From: Candidatus Polarisedimenticolaceae bacterium
GTDB taxonomy: Bacteria; Acidobacteriota; Polarisedimenticolia; Polarisedimenticolales; Polarisedimenticolaceae
Length of the DNA stretch: 47,208 nucleotides
Reading direction: 5' to 3'
Assembly (NCBI GenBank): GCA_041568335.1
Contig: JBFFZZ010000001.1
Coordinates: 1-47,208 of the forward strand
Shown piece by piece: positions 26,521 through 35,961 of the stretch (within the stretch, counting starts at the first letter, position 1; every line of letters starts with the position of its first letter). A program made the translations under genes and the position numbers. A model generated the notes under the pieces. It worked only from the letters and a program-made list of their open reading frames with translations, was not told the origin of the DNA and did not search any database.

Positions 26521-28050
26521 ATGACCGGGGCAGGCCAGGACAGCGGTATGCGGATCGCCGTACTGATCGGCACGGCCCAGCTCCTGTTGCACGTCGTCAC
26601 CAACGGCAACTACGGCGTGTTCCGTGACGAGCTCTATTACCTCGATTGCGCCCGGCAGCTCGCCTGGGGCTACGTGGATCATCCACCGCTGTCGATCGGA
26701 CTGCTGTGGTTGGCCACCTCGATCCTGGGTGAATCCGTCCACGCGATCCGTCTGCTTCCCGAGCTGGCCGGCGCGGTCACGGTCGTTGTGGGCGCGTTGA
26801 TCGCGCGCGAGCTGGGTGGCGGACAAACGGCGCAGATCGTGGCCGCCTTTACGGCGGCGGTCGTACCGGGTCCGGCGGTCCTTTCGGGTTTCTTTTCGAT
26901 GAACGCGTTCGACCTGGTGTTCTGGGCGCTGCTGATGTGGCTGCTCGCGCGCATCGTCCGCACCGACGAACCTCGTCTGTGGCTGTGGTTCGGTGTCGTC
27001 GCAGGGATCGGGCTGCTCAACAAGATCAGTGTCCTGTTTCTGGGCGCCGGTGTCGCGGTCGCGATTCTGTTGACGCCGCTGCGCCGGCATCTGGGCTGTT
27101 GGCAACCCTACGTTGGCGGCGTGGTCGCCCTGGTCCTGGCCTCTCCATACGGCTTTTGGAACCTGGTCAACAATTGGCCGACGCTGGAGTTCATGGCCAA
27201 CGCCAAGCAGTACAAGATCGCGAAGATGGCGCCCCATGAGTTCATCGGCGAGGTCGCGCTGGCGATGAGTCCACCGATGGTGTTGATCTGGGGCGCGGGG
27301 TTGGTGTGGCTGCTCGTCCCGAAGTGGGGCGGCCGTTTCCGGGCCCTGGGCTTCTGGTTTCTCGCCGTCACGACGCTGCTGATCGCGCTCAAGGTCAAAC
27401 CCTACTACCTGTTCCCGGCCTTCATCGTCCCGCTTGCGGCCGGCGGCTGCGCGGTCGAGGCGCTGTTGAAGCGTTGGAACAGACGCTGGATCTCGGCCAT
27501 CGCGTTCGTCTGGATCGGATTCTCCGGGTTGCTCACGCTGCCGCTCGCGATCCCGATCCTCTCACCGGACGGTATGCTCGCCTTCCAGTCCAAGCTCGGG
27601 ATGGGTCCGGGACACTACGAGACCAACCCGGTCGGCGCGATGCCGCAGTACTTCTCCGATCGGTTCGGCTGGCCGAACATGACCCGTGTGGTGGCCGGAG
27701 TCTACGAGACGCTGAGCGCGGAAGAACAGGAGCGCACGTTGATCCTCGGGAGCAACTACGGCGAGATCGGCGCGATCAACTACTACGGGCCCGCGCTCGG
27801 TCTGCCGCGAGCGGGTGGCGGCCACAACAATCACTACCTGTGGGGGCCGCCGGTCGATGATCCTCTGGTGGTCATCGTTCTCGGCAGCTCGAGGGAGCGG
27901 CTCGAGACGGCGTTCGAGAGCGTGGAGCACGCCGCCACGGTGACGGCGACTTACGCCATGCCCTTCGAGAACAACCTGCCGGTGTGGGTCTGCCGCGGGC
28001 TCGAGGTCTCGATGGAGGAGTTCTGGTTCGCCGGCAAGAAGTTCATCTGA
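26521..28050 (+). CDS. GT39/ArnT-like (PMT_2) membrane glycosyltransferase.
   Basis: N-terminal motif FRDELYYLDCARQLAWGYVDHPPL (the DE.YY...GY.DHPP pattern typical of ArnT-like GT-C enzymes). About 10 TM helices and a C-terminal soluble domain. The track ORF start at 26323 overlaps DUF971; ATG 26521 was chosen. Confidence 0.75.
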   Translation: MTGAGQDSGMRIAVLIGTAQLLLHVVTNGNYGVFRDELYYLDCARQLAWGYVDHPPLSIGLLWLATSILGESVHAIRLLPELAGAVTVVVGALIARELGGGQTAQIVAAFTAAVVPGPAVLSGFFSMNAFDLVFWALLMWLLARIVRTDEPRLWLWFGVVAGIGLLNKISVLFLGAGVAVAILLTPLRRHLGCWQPYVGGVVALVLASPYGFWNLVNNWPTLEFMANAKQYKIAKMAPHEFIGEVALAMSPPMVLIWGAGLVWLLVPKWGGRFRALGFWFLAVTTLLIALKVKPYYLFPAFIVPLAAGGCAVEALLKRWNRRWISAIAFVWIGFSGLLTLPLAIPILSPDGMLAFQSKLGMGPGHYETNPVGAMPQYFSDRFGWPNMTRVVAGVYETLSAEEQERTLILGSNYGEIGAINYYGPALGLPRAGGGHNNHYLWGPPVDDPLVVIVLGSSRERLETAFESVEHAATVTATYAMPFENNLPVWVCRGLEVSMEEFWFAGKKFI

Positions 28051-28198
28051 AGACGTTCCTCGCTTCCCATCAGACACGTGGAAACCCCTAGCCGGCTCCG
28101 TAGAAGCCGTGGCCCGGAATGGGCCCAGGGAACAGCGGACAGGTGGGTCCAACTGATAAAATCGGACTACGAGCAAGCCACCTTGAACGGAGACCGCG

Positions 28199-30139
28199 AT
28201 GCGAGGCTCCGCGCATGCCGCGTCGGCGGTGGTGGTGGTCCTGATCGCCGGGCTATGGAACGCCACCGCGTTTGCGCAGGACGACGAAGACTGTCTCGCC
28301 TGCCATGACGAGATCGACCTCTTCGAGGGTTTCGATGACCCGGCCCGCCTGGTCGTCAGCGCGAAGCGGTACTTCGCGTCGTTGCACGCCGAGATGGGCT
28401 TGGCATGCATCGATTGTCACGTCGATCTGACCGGTCTCGGCGACTACCCGCACGCCGATTCTCTGGCGCCCGTCGATTGCGGCGTCTGTCATGCCGACAC
28501 GCAGGAGCTGTTCACCGGGAGCATGCACGGGTACGCTCTCGCGCGCGGTGACACCCAGGCGCCGACCTGCGCGAGCTGTCACGGCACTCACGACATCCGC
28601 TCCGCCTCGGACCCTGAATCGCCGACGCACGAGAGCCGCCTGCACGAAATATGCGCCTCGTGCCATGGGTCGGCGGGACGACTGACAAGAGAGATCGTCA
28701 GGTTTCCGGAAACCGTCGCCAGCTATGCCGCCTCGGTCCACGGACCATCCGACGGGGGCGTGGGCGCCGCCACCTGCGACGATTGCCACCATGTCCACGA
28801 GGTTCGTGGCGTCGCCGATCCGCAATCGCGAATCCACCGTGCAAACCTGTCGGCGACGTGTGGTGAATGCCACGACGACATCCGCATCGAGTACGAGCAG
28901 TCGATCCACGGCCGGGCGCTGCTGGCCGGGTTGCACGACAGCCCGACCTGCACGGACTGTCACGGCGAACACCTGATCCTGTCCCCTGGCGATCCCGATT
29001 CACTGGCCCACGCCAGCCGTCAAGCAACCGAGTCTTGCGGGAACTGCCACGACGACCCGGTGATCATCGCCAAGTACGGTCTGCGCGGCGACGTCGTCGG
29101 CTCGTACGTCGACAGCTATCATGGCTGGACGACTCGGCGCGGGTACGACCGCTCGGCGACGTGCGTGAGCTGTCATTCGGCGCATCGGGTGCTCCCGAGC
29201 ACGGACCCGCGGTCCACGGTGCACGCAGCCAACATCGTGGGGACATGTGGTCAGTGCCACAAGCTCGTCGACGAGGCCTTTGCAGCCAGCTACACGCACG
29301 AAAAGCTCTCGATCACGGCCAACCCGATCAATCGCTGGATCCGCGGAATCTACTGGGTCCTGATCACGGTCGTCATCGGTGGGATGGCCCTGCACAACCT
29401 GGTGATCCTCAACTTCCACGCCGTTCGTAAGAGGCGGGAGCTGGAAGCAGTCCAGACCGTGCGGCGCCTCGACGCATACCAGCTCGCGCAGCACGGCCTG
29501 ATGGCGCTCTCCTTCATCGTCCTCGCGATCACCGGCTTCGCCCTCAGGTACCCCGATGCCGGGTGGGTCGCCCTGCTGACGACGCTCGGCTTGGACGAAC
29601 CCTTGCGTGCCAACGTTCATCGCATCGCCGGCGTCGTGATGGTGATCGTCGCGGTCGTCCATGTGCTTTACGTCCTTCTCGTGCGGCGTGGACGGCGAGA
29701 GTTCCGGGCGATGGTCCCGTCTCGACGGGATTTTCGCGAGGCTGTGGACAACCTGCGGTACCACACCTGGGTACGTGACCGGCCTGCCGATTTCGGGCGC
29801 TACGACTACACGCAGAAGGCCGAGTACTGGGCCATCGTCTGGGGTACGGCGTTGATGGCGGTGACCGGCGCCGTGCTGTGGTTTCCCGCCCTGGCGGTGA
29901 AGCTCGTCCCGGCCTGGGTGGTGACCGCGTCGCAGACGATCCACTTCTACGAAGCCTGGCTCGCCGCCCTGGCGATCGTCGTCTGGCACTTCTTCTTCGT
30001 GCTGTTCCACCCCGATGTCTACCCGATGAGCTGGACCTGGCTTTCCGGGAAGGTGACCCGACGCTCGGTGGAACGGCACCACCCGCGTTGGTATCGCGAG
30101 GAGCTTGCGGACAAGCCGGCCGTGGCGGACGACGATTGA
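28199..30139 (+). CDS. Fusion of a periplasmic 11-haem c-type cytochrome with a C-terminal 5-TM cytochrome b domain (FdnI/HydC-type). CbcL-like inner-membrane quinol/quinone oxidoreductase candidate.
   Basis: Signal peptide, then 11 CxxCH motifs: CLACH, CIDCH, CGVCH, CASCH, CASCH, CDDCH, CGECH, CTDCH, CGNCH, CVSCH, CGQCH. These are followed by His-bearing TM helices (GGMALHNLVILNF, IAGVVMVIVAVVHVLYVLL, AALAIVVWHFFFVLFH). Confidence 0.8.
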   Translation: MRGSAHAASAVVVVLIAGLWNATAFAQDDEDCLACHDEIDLFEGFDDPARLVVSAKRYFASLHAEMGLACIDCHVDLTGLGDYPHADSLAPVDCGVCHADTQELFTGSMHGYALARGDTQAPTCASCHGTHDIRSASDPESPTHESRLHEICASCHGSAGRLTREIVRFPETVASYAASVHGPSDGGVGAATCDDCHHVHEVRGVADPQSRIHRANLSATCGECHDDIRIEYEQSIHGRALLAGLHDSPTCTDCHGEHLILSPGDPDSLAHASRQATESCGNCHDDPVIIAKYGLRGDVVGSYVDSYHGWTTRRGYDRSATCVSCHSAHRVLPSTDPRSTVHAANIVGTCGQCHKLVDEAFAASYTHEKLSITANPINRWIRGIYWVLITVVIGGMALHNLVILNFHAVRKRRELEAVQTVRRLDAYQLAQHGLMALSFIVLAITGFALRYPDAGWVALLTTLGLDEPLRANVHRIAGVVMVIVAVVHVLYVLLVRRGRREFRAMVPSRRDFREAVDNLRYHTWVRDRPADFGRYDYTQKAEYWAIVWGTALMAVTGAVLWFPALAVKLVPAWVVTASQTIHFYEAWLAALAIVVWHFFFVLFHPDVYPMSWTWLSGKVTRRSVERHHPRWYREELADKPAVADDD

Positions 30140-30143
30140 TCCG

Positions 30144-32054
30144 CTACCCGGCGAGCAGGTTTTCCAGCACCGCCCGTGACGCCTCCGCGTTGTGGTGGGC
30201 ACCGGCTTCGTCGAGGATCGCAAGGACCCCTCTCGCACGTTCGACCCACGCGTCGTCGCCCGACTGCTCGATACGTTCCAGCACCTGCCGGCGTAACGCG
30301 GCCAGCGCCGCGACGTTGTCGAGATGCATCGCCTCGTACGATCCGTCGTCCTCATGGCAGTCGGCGCAGGTCCCCAGTGCGACCTCTTGCGTGTGCGGCT
30401 CCGACGGATAGTGGCAGTCCTCGCAAGCCACGAGATCGGCCATGAAGTCCGGTTCGACATCGAAGGGATCCAACACCGGCAGCGTCGCCGATATCAGCCC
30501 CTGCTGGACCGCATGACAGCTGTCGCAGCCGTCGTTGACGGCGTTGGCCCCGCCGGAATGACACTGGCTGCAAAGCACGGCGTCGTGCGTTCCGTTCAGC
30601 GGCATCGCGTGCTCGAACTCACCGGTGTGGTAGGAGATCCGATCGCCGTCCCCATCGGGGATCAGGAAAGTGTGACACGATTCGCATTTGTCTGTGACCG
30701 AATCGCCGTACTGATTCACGTGCCGGTTGTCGTGGCAGCGAAAACAGCCGTCCGAGTACATGTGGCCGATGTTGTCGGGGTAGGTGGTCCAGTCGACCCG
30801 CATCTCGGAGAAGATGTTGCCGGAGTAGACCTCGCGGGTGGTGTCGATCGCCTGGTAGATCGAGGCGCGCCGCGACTCCCAGAGCTCCGGATAGTTTTCC
30901 CGGTAGAAGCCCGAGATACGCTCACCGATGCGGGCGAGGGCCTCATCGTCGGGGAGGTAGGGCGGGAGGATAGCCGCAACGGCCTCGCGTTTGATGAACG
31001 GCAACGTGCGGTCGATGCGTCCGTTGGTGATGGCTTGATCGATCGCTTCCTGCGGCGACAGGAACTCGTGGGCCGGACGGTTGTGACAGTCCATGCAGTC
31101 GATCTGGCGACGCTCGCCCCGCGGCGGCGGATCGGAGCTGGGCTTGCCGTCGGAGCGGTAGATCTGCGTTTCTCCGGTAGCATCGGTCCATGTGATCCAC
31201 TGGATATCTTGGAGTCTCTCGTCGGTGGCGATGTACTCGATCCGCGCGGTCAAAGCCATGTGGCTGTGGATACCCGAAGCACGGCCGAGAAACTCGTCGC
31301 CTCCCCCGGTCTTCAACAGCAGCACCACGGTTCGATCCGTGTTGTCCTCATCGGACGCATAGTGCGGGAACTCCCGCAGCTGTGAGCCGAAAAACTTTTG
31401 TGGCCAGTGGCATTCCTCACAGGTCTCCCGTGCCGGGCGAAGCTCGGTGATCGCCGGGGGGATCGGTCTGGGATAGGTCTCCCGAACGGTCGCTAGGACC
31501 TGGCGCAGTCCGGAGACCTTCGACTTGACGAACCAGCTCGCACCACTCCCGATGTGGCATTCGGCGCAGGGGACGCGGGCGTGGGACGACCGTTGGTAGG
31601 TCACCGCCTCGGGCTTCATGACGGTATGGCAGGTCGTCGCGCAGAACTCGGTCGAGTCGGTGAAGTGATAGCCGTGGTACCCGGTGACCGCGGTGACCGG
31701 TAGCAGCGCGAACAGTCCCAGACCGAGGTACTTCGCCACGCGCAGTTGCAGCGGGTCGCTGAAGTCGGGCCGGGGAAGCAAGCGCAGCTTTCGCTCGGGA
31801 TCCAGCCGGCGTCGGCGCCAGCTGCGGATCAGGATCCCGACGATCATCAGCGCAACACCGAACGTCAGGATTCCGGGGAGCACCAGATAGCCGACGATGT
31901 CGACATAGGGGTTCGGTACGGGCGAGACCAGACTGAACAGGCCGAAGGTGATCAGCAGGATCAACGCGACGGCGGCGAGCAACGTTCCCGCCAGCGTCAA
32001 CCAGTTGGTCCAGAGCGGTCGTGTAATCAGCGGATGTTTCGGGAGTTCACCCAT
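30144..32054 (-). CDS. Inner-membrane multihaem cytochrome with 3 N-terminal TM helices and a NapC/NirT-like first haem region (ImcH-like). It has 9 CxxCH motifs and 1 CX3CH motif.
   Basis: TM helices LTLAGTLLAAVALILLITFGLF, IVGYLVLPGILTFGVALMIVGILI, YLGLGLFALLPVTAVTGY. Haem motifs: CATTCH (CX3CH), CAECH, CEECH, CMDCH, CFRCH, CESCH, CSQCH, CDSCH, CEDCH, CADCH. SD AAGGAA lies before the ATG at 32054. Confidence 0.7.
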   Translation of the reverse strand: MGELPKHPLITRPLWTNWLTLAGTLLAAVALILLITFGLFSLVSPVPNPYVDIVGYLVLPGILTFGVALMIVGILIRSWRRRRLDPERKLRLLPRPDFSDPLQLRVAKYLGLGLFALLPVTAVTGYHGYHFTDSTEFCATTCHTVMKPEAVTYQRSSHARVPCAECHIGSGASWFVKSKVSGLRQVLATVRETYPRPIPPAITELRPARETCEECHWPQKFFGSQLREFPHYASDEDNTDRTVVLLLKTGGGDEFLGRASGIHSHMALTARIEYIATDERLQDIQWITWTDATGETQIYRSDGKPSSDPPPRGERRQIDCMDCHNRPAHEFLSPQEAIDQAITNGRIDRTLPFIKREAVAAILPPYLPDDEALARIGERISGFYRENYPELWESRRASIYQAIDTTREVYSGNIFSEMRVDWTTYPDNIGHMYSDGCFRCHDNRHVNQYGDSVTDKCESCHTFLIPDGDGDRISYHTGEFEHAMPLNGTHDAVLCSQCHSGGANAVNDGCDSCHAVQQGLISATLPVLDPFDVEPDFMADLVACEDCHYPSEPHTQEVALGTCADCHEDDGSYEAMHLDNVAALAALRRQVLERIEQSGDDAWVERARGVLAILDEAGAHHNAEASRAVLENLLAG

Positions 32055-32163
32055 CGATCGGATTCCTTGCTTGCATGACCCGGAGTCTAACCCGAACGGG
32101 GCTTAGACAGGGGGGTGCCTTCCTCGCAATATGCGCGGAAACGTGACAAACGGCTTTCGTAGT

Positions 32164-32505
32164 TTACCGGGTGTTCCTGAGCTCGACGAGCCAGGCCGCG
32201 ATCGCCTTCAGTTCCTCTTCGGTCCCCTTGAACTCCTTCTTGTGATCCTTGCCGTCGAGCTGGGTTTTGCGGCTGACGAATTGCTGGATCCAAGCCGCTT
32301 CCCGAGCCTCGTTGGGTAGGTCGGGTCCCTTCATCTTCTCCGACTTGACTTTGGCGACGATGTCCGCCTGTGGGACGGAGTGACACAGGTCGCATTTCTG
32401 CGCCGTGAAGGCCGCCAGCCCATCGCCCTCCGCGGCGACCGGGCCGCCGAAGATGAGGAGAATCACGGCTGTGGAACCAACGAGAAAGTGTGTCTTGGCT
32501 GACAT
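32164..32505 (-). CDS. Small monohaem class-I-like cytochrome c (signal/anchor sequence, Lys-rich).
   Basis: 113 aa with hydrophobic N-terminus LVGSTAVILLIFGGPVAA, a single CDLCH, and a candidate distal Met in KMKGPDL. SD GGAGG lies 8 nt upstream. Confidence 0.8.
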   Translation of the reverse strand: MSAKTHFLVGSTAVILLIFGGPVAAEGDGLAAFTAQKCDLCHSVPQADIVAKVKSEKMKGPDLPNEAREAAWIQQFVSRKTQLDGKDHKKEFKGTEEELKAIAAWLVELRNTR

Positions 32506-32613
32506 GTCCAGAACCTCCGAGATTTGCGATACGGGTCGTATCTTCAGAATACTTTGCGACCGGCTGTCGCTCCAGGAAAGCCTGGATTTCCGAGACCCTG
32601 TATCGGTTTTTGC

Positions 32614-34281
32614 TTAGGGCGCCGAGGAGAAACCACGGATCTTCAGCGCCAGTCCGATCAACACGGCGACGATGATGATGAGTGCGAGGGCCAGCCCCTT
32701 GCGGCGGTATTGAAGCTCCTCGAGCGCCGCGGCCCCGCTCTCCAGCGCCGCGCGGGCATGCTCCAGCCCTTCCGCGTGGGCTTTCATGAAATCGCCGTCC
32801 GGTGAAGGATCGAACGTGTGCACCAGGACCTGGAGATCGATCTGTGAATCGACCGTGCGATCGACGTATGCGCTCGCCTCGCGCGTCTCGACCCCGCCTC
32901 GACGCGCCACCAGCAGTGTCCGTTCGGCCTGTCCCGCCAACACGGTCAGCTCGCGGATCTTGTCCACGAACATGGACCCACCGAGACGGGGATCTCCCGA
33001 TGGATGGTGACAGGTTCCACAACGCCGCACGGCGGCACGAACCCTGCCGCTGCCGTTCGGGTTGTCGTACTCGTAGTAGCTCTTGCCGATGCGGAACTTC
33101 GAGTACAACCGCTCGAACTCGGGGCGCAGAACCGTCTCACTCTCGGATGCCCCCAGTCGATGGTTCGGAAGCTGGCGTGCACGATCGACGAGCCAGTCGA
33201 ACAGCTCGTCGTCCGCGATCCCGGCCTCCCCCGCCTCGGAGAGCAGGTCGGTGAAGACCTCGGCGTAGTTCTCGCGGCTCGCCAGCGGCTCGACCGACTC
33301 GCCGCCGTTCAGGTCGATCGACTCGTGACAGAACTCGCACGGGGATTGGGGCAGCCCCGAGAACATCGCCAGTGTCGGTCGGACGATGGCGTGGTTGTCG
33401 TGGCAGCTGGCGCATTCGACGAAGCTGCGGATCTGCAGATCGGCTTGTGGAGATTCGTGGCACGCCGCGCATCCCTCGTCCCCGGCGTCGGCCATGAGCT
33501 CGTTGTGCACCTCGAAGGCCTCGTGCTTGGGGCCCGACCGGAAGAGCTCCGCTTCCCGCCCATGGCACTGTCCGCAGACGAAGTCGACGGAATCGAGTCC
33601 CGGTGGCGCTGCGCCGTGATTGCCGTGACAGTCGTTGCACGTCGGTGCGCTGAGGTCCTCGCGGTCCAGCAGCGCGGCGGCATGGACACTGGTGCGCCAG
33701 CGAGCGTAGACATCGGTCGGGATCGGAAGACCCCCGGGACCCTTTCGTCCGGCCATCAGCTGCTGGTCGCCGTGGCAGACATTGCAGGTCTCCGCGACAC
33801 GGGTCGGGTGGACGCTCGAGTCGGGGCTCGAGACTTTGCGCGTCGAGTGCACCGTGTGGCAGTCCGTGCAGACGGCAACCTCCATGTCTCCGCGTGCCAG
33901 CGCTATGCCGTGCTGGCTGGTCCAGTACTCGCTCTCCTGATCGACGCGCGGTGCGGGGTTGAAGCGGCGCATGAGGACGGGATTCGAGTGGCAACGACCG
34001 CACAGGGCCGGGATCTCGTTTCGCGCAGGCGCACCGATAAACGTCTCGTCCTTCGCGTCGAGTTCCTCGGCAAGCTCGGGAGCGGGGTTGCCGCCATGGC
34101 AGTCGTGGCACGAGAAGCCGGCCTCGGCGTGGATATCCAACGCGTAGCCCTGCACGACAGCCGGGTCGGCTCCGAAGAGCTCCTCGTTCGCGTGGCACAA
34201 GGTGCACGAGGTCTCCTCCACCCCGCCCGGTGTCACGGGCAAGATCGCAAGCAAGGCCAGCGCAACGGTGGGTGCCTTCAT
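32614..34281 (-). CDS. 11-haem c-type cytochrome with a C-terminal membrane anchor. Candidate third subunit of the Rieske/cyt b complex.
   Basis: Signal peptide, then CTLCH, CHDCH, CGRCH, CTDCH, CNVCH, CNDCH, CGQCH, CAACH, CASCH, CEFCH, CGTCH. C-terminal [22 protein letters not shown]. The start ATG overlaps the cyt b stop (ATGA at 34278-34281). Confidence 0.85.
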   Translation of the reverse strand: MKAPTVALALLAILPVTPGGVEETSCTLCHANEELFGADPAVVQGYALDIHAEAGFSCHDCHGGNPAPELAEELDAKDETFIGAPARNEIPALCGRCHSNPVLMRRFNPAPRVDQESEYWTSQHGIALARGDMEVAVCTDCHTVHSTRKVSSPDSSVHPTRVAETCNVCHGDQQLMAGRKGPGGLPIPTDVYARWRTSVHAAALLDREDLSAPTCNDCHGNHGAAPPGLDSVDFVCGQCHGREAELFRSGPKHEAFEVHNELMADAGDEGCAACHESPQADLQIRSFVECASCHDNHAIVRPTLAMFSGLPQSPCEFCHESIDLNGGESVEPLASRENYAEVFTDLLSEAGEAGIADDELFDWLVDRARQLPNHRLGASESETVLRPEFERLYSKFRIGKSYYEYDNPNGSGRVRAAVRRCGTCHHPSGDPRLGGSMFVDKIRELTVLAGQAERTLLVARRGGVETREASAYVDRTVDSQIDLQVLVHTFDPSPDGDFMKAHAEGLEHARAALESGAAALEELQYRRKGLALALIIIVAVLIGLALKIRGFSSAP

Positions 34282-35441
34282 CGCTCACCTCGGTCACGCG
34301 GTCGCGTGATCCAGCCGAAGCCCGCCAGTGCCAGAATCGCCCCGCCGACAAGGAACACGGGAACCGGGGACCGGTAACCCCAGGCCGTCATGACAACCAT
34401 GTACACAACGACAACCGCACCGATGATCGTGAACCCCGGACTCTTGCCCTTGCGGGCCAAGCCACGGTCGAGGAACGGCACGAGCAGGAGGACGAGTGCC
34501 CCGATCCCGAACCCCATGATGGGGATGGCCTCATACTCGATGCCCAGGATTTCACCGCCAGGCACGAGTTTCAACGTCTCGAACATGAACATGAAGTACC
34601 ACTCGGGCCGGATGTCCTGGTAAGCCGGTGCGAACGGATCGGCCTTGACGCCCAGCTCCCAGGGGAACAGCGCCGCCACGGCAGCGAGCACCCCGAGCGC
34701 CAGCACCCAACCGAACAGGTCTCGCAGGGCGAAATCGGGGAAGAACTTCATGGGGCGGTTGCGCTTCGACCGTTGTTCGCTCGCGGGCGGGACGCTCATC
34801 CCCTGAACCTGGACCAGCACGAGGTGCAGACCCAGCAAGATCGTCGTTATCGCCGGTAGGATCGCCACGTGCCAGCCGTAGAACCTCGACAGCGTTCCGC
34901 CGGTCACGCGTTCTCCGCCGCGCAGGAACTCGAGCAGCCACTCACCGACGAACGGGACCGACCCGGCGATATCGGTGCCGACCAAGGTGGCGAAGTACGC
35001 GAGTTGGTTCCATGGCAACAGGTAGCCGGAGAAGCCGAACGCCATCACCAGGAACAGCAGGACGCAGCCGCTGATCCAGGTCATCTCACGCGGCTTGCGG
35101 TAGGCCTTGACGAAGAAGACGGTGCCCAGGTGGAGGAAGGCGAAGAAGACCATCAGGTTCGCGGCCCACGAATGGACCGAGCGAATCAGCCAACCGAACG
35201 GGACCGTGGTCATGATGAACTCGACGGACTCGAACGCCTCTTCGGCGGAAGGCCGGTAGTACAGCATCAACAGGATCCCGGTCACGACCTGCACGATGAA
35301 GAAGAACAGGGTCATGCCGCCGAGGTAGTAGAAGACGGTGTAACGGTGCTGTGGAACGGTCTTGTGCCGGGCAAACTCGGCGAGCCTGTCCAGCGCGACA
35401 CGCTGTTGCAACCACGCCCCGATCGTCTCGACGGGCTTCAC
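34278..35441 (-). CDS. Cytochrome b of a Rieske/cyt b complex (b6-like N-terminal part fused to a subunit-IV-like part).
   Basis: Helix B haem ligands are H-x13-H ([17 protein letters not shown]). Helix D ligands are H-x14-H ([17 protein letters not shown], the b6-type spacing). The Qo-site motif PEWYF is present. GTG start with GAGGA upstream. Confidence 0.92.
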   Translation of the reverse strand: MKPVETIGAWLQQRVALDRLAEFARHKTVPQHRYTVFYYLGGMTLFFFIVQVVTGILLMLYYRPSAEEAFESVEFIMTTVPFGWLIRSVHSWAANLMVFFAFLHLGTVFFVKAYRKPREMTWISGCVLLFLVMAFGFSGYLLPWNQLAYFATLVGTDIAGSVPFVGEWLLEFLRGGERVTGGTLSRFYGWHVAILPAITTILLGLHLVLVQVQGMSVPPASEQRSKRNRPMKFFPDFALRDLFGWVLALGVLAAVAALFPWELGVKADPFAPAYQDIRPEWYFMFMFETLKLVPGGEILGIEYEAIPIMGFGIGALVLLLVPFLDRGLARKGKSPGFTIIGAVVVVYMVVMTAWGYRSPVPVFLVGGAILALAGFGWITRPRDRGER

Positions 35442-35444
35442 GGC

Positions 35445-35912
35445 TCAGGTCCTCGAGATGACGATCTGCGCCGGTTGCCCGGACCCGCGGGCGACGAGGT
35501 CGACGCGAAACGGCGCTAGCGGCCGTGGGGGCGGCCCGGCAACCTGGTGGCCCTGGAGGTTGTACTGGCCGTTGTGGCAGTTGCACCAGATGCGTCGCTT
35601 GTCCCGCCGATACTCGACGATACAGTCGAGGTGCGTGCAGGTGCCGGCGAAGGCGCGGAAATCGCCGTCGGCGACCCGGATCACGATCACGGGCTCGCTC
35701 CCGAAGCGGACGATCTTGTATCCCTTGTCGAGCAGCTCCGGATCGTTGGTAAACCCCGCCTCGACCTGGTTGGTCCCGGAATCGGGTATCTCCGGCGGAC
35801 TGACGAAGCGCAGTACCGGGTAGGCGATCGAGGCGAACAGCGCGCCGAATGATGTCGCCAAGAACCAGTTGAGGAAACTTCGACGGTCGCGTGGTCTTTG
35901 AGACTGGCTCAC
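35445..35912 (-). CDS. Rieske [2Fe-2S] protein with a Tat signal.
   Basis: Twin-arginine RDRRSFLNW followed by a TM helix. Cluster boxes CTHLDC and CNCHNG. The start is uncertain. The track's TTG at 35966 lies inside the T-tract of the upstream terminator and upstream of the only SD. The GTG at 35912 overlaps the stop of a short SD-preceded uORF (see findings). Confidence 0.85.
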   Translation of the reverse strand: MSQSQRPRDRRSFLNWFLATSFGALFASIAYPVLRFVSPPEIPDSGTNQVEAGFTNDPELLDKGYKIVRFGSEPVIVIRVADGDFRAFAGTCTHLDCIVEYRRDKRRIWCNCHNGQYNLQGHQVAGPPPRPLAPFRVDLVARGSGQPAQIVISRT

Positions 35913-35961
35913 GGTTCTGGGCGTCTTCCGAGAATCACAAAACGCATCATACCCTCCTCTG

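Noticed and set aside
28136-28162. cggaca-N15-TAAAAT upstream of the CbcL-like gene as a promoter.
   Set aside because: The -10 is good, but the spacing is only 15 nt and the -35 matches 4/6. This is too weak to annotate.
32087-34377. ORFs 32087..33022 (311 aa), 33004..34377 (457 aa) and 33137..34351 (404 aa).
   Set aside because: They are alternative frames or antisense of the monohaem and 11-haem cytochrome genes. Only the chosen frames contain CxxCH motifs and signal peptides.
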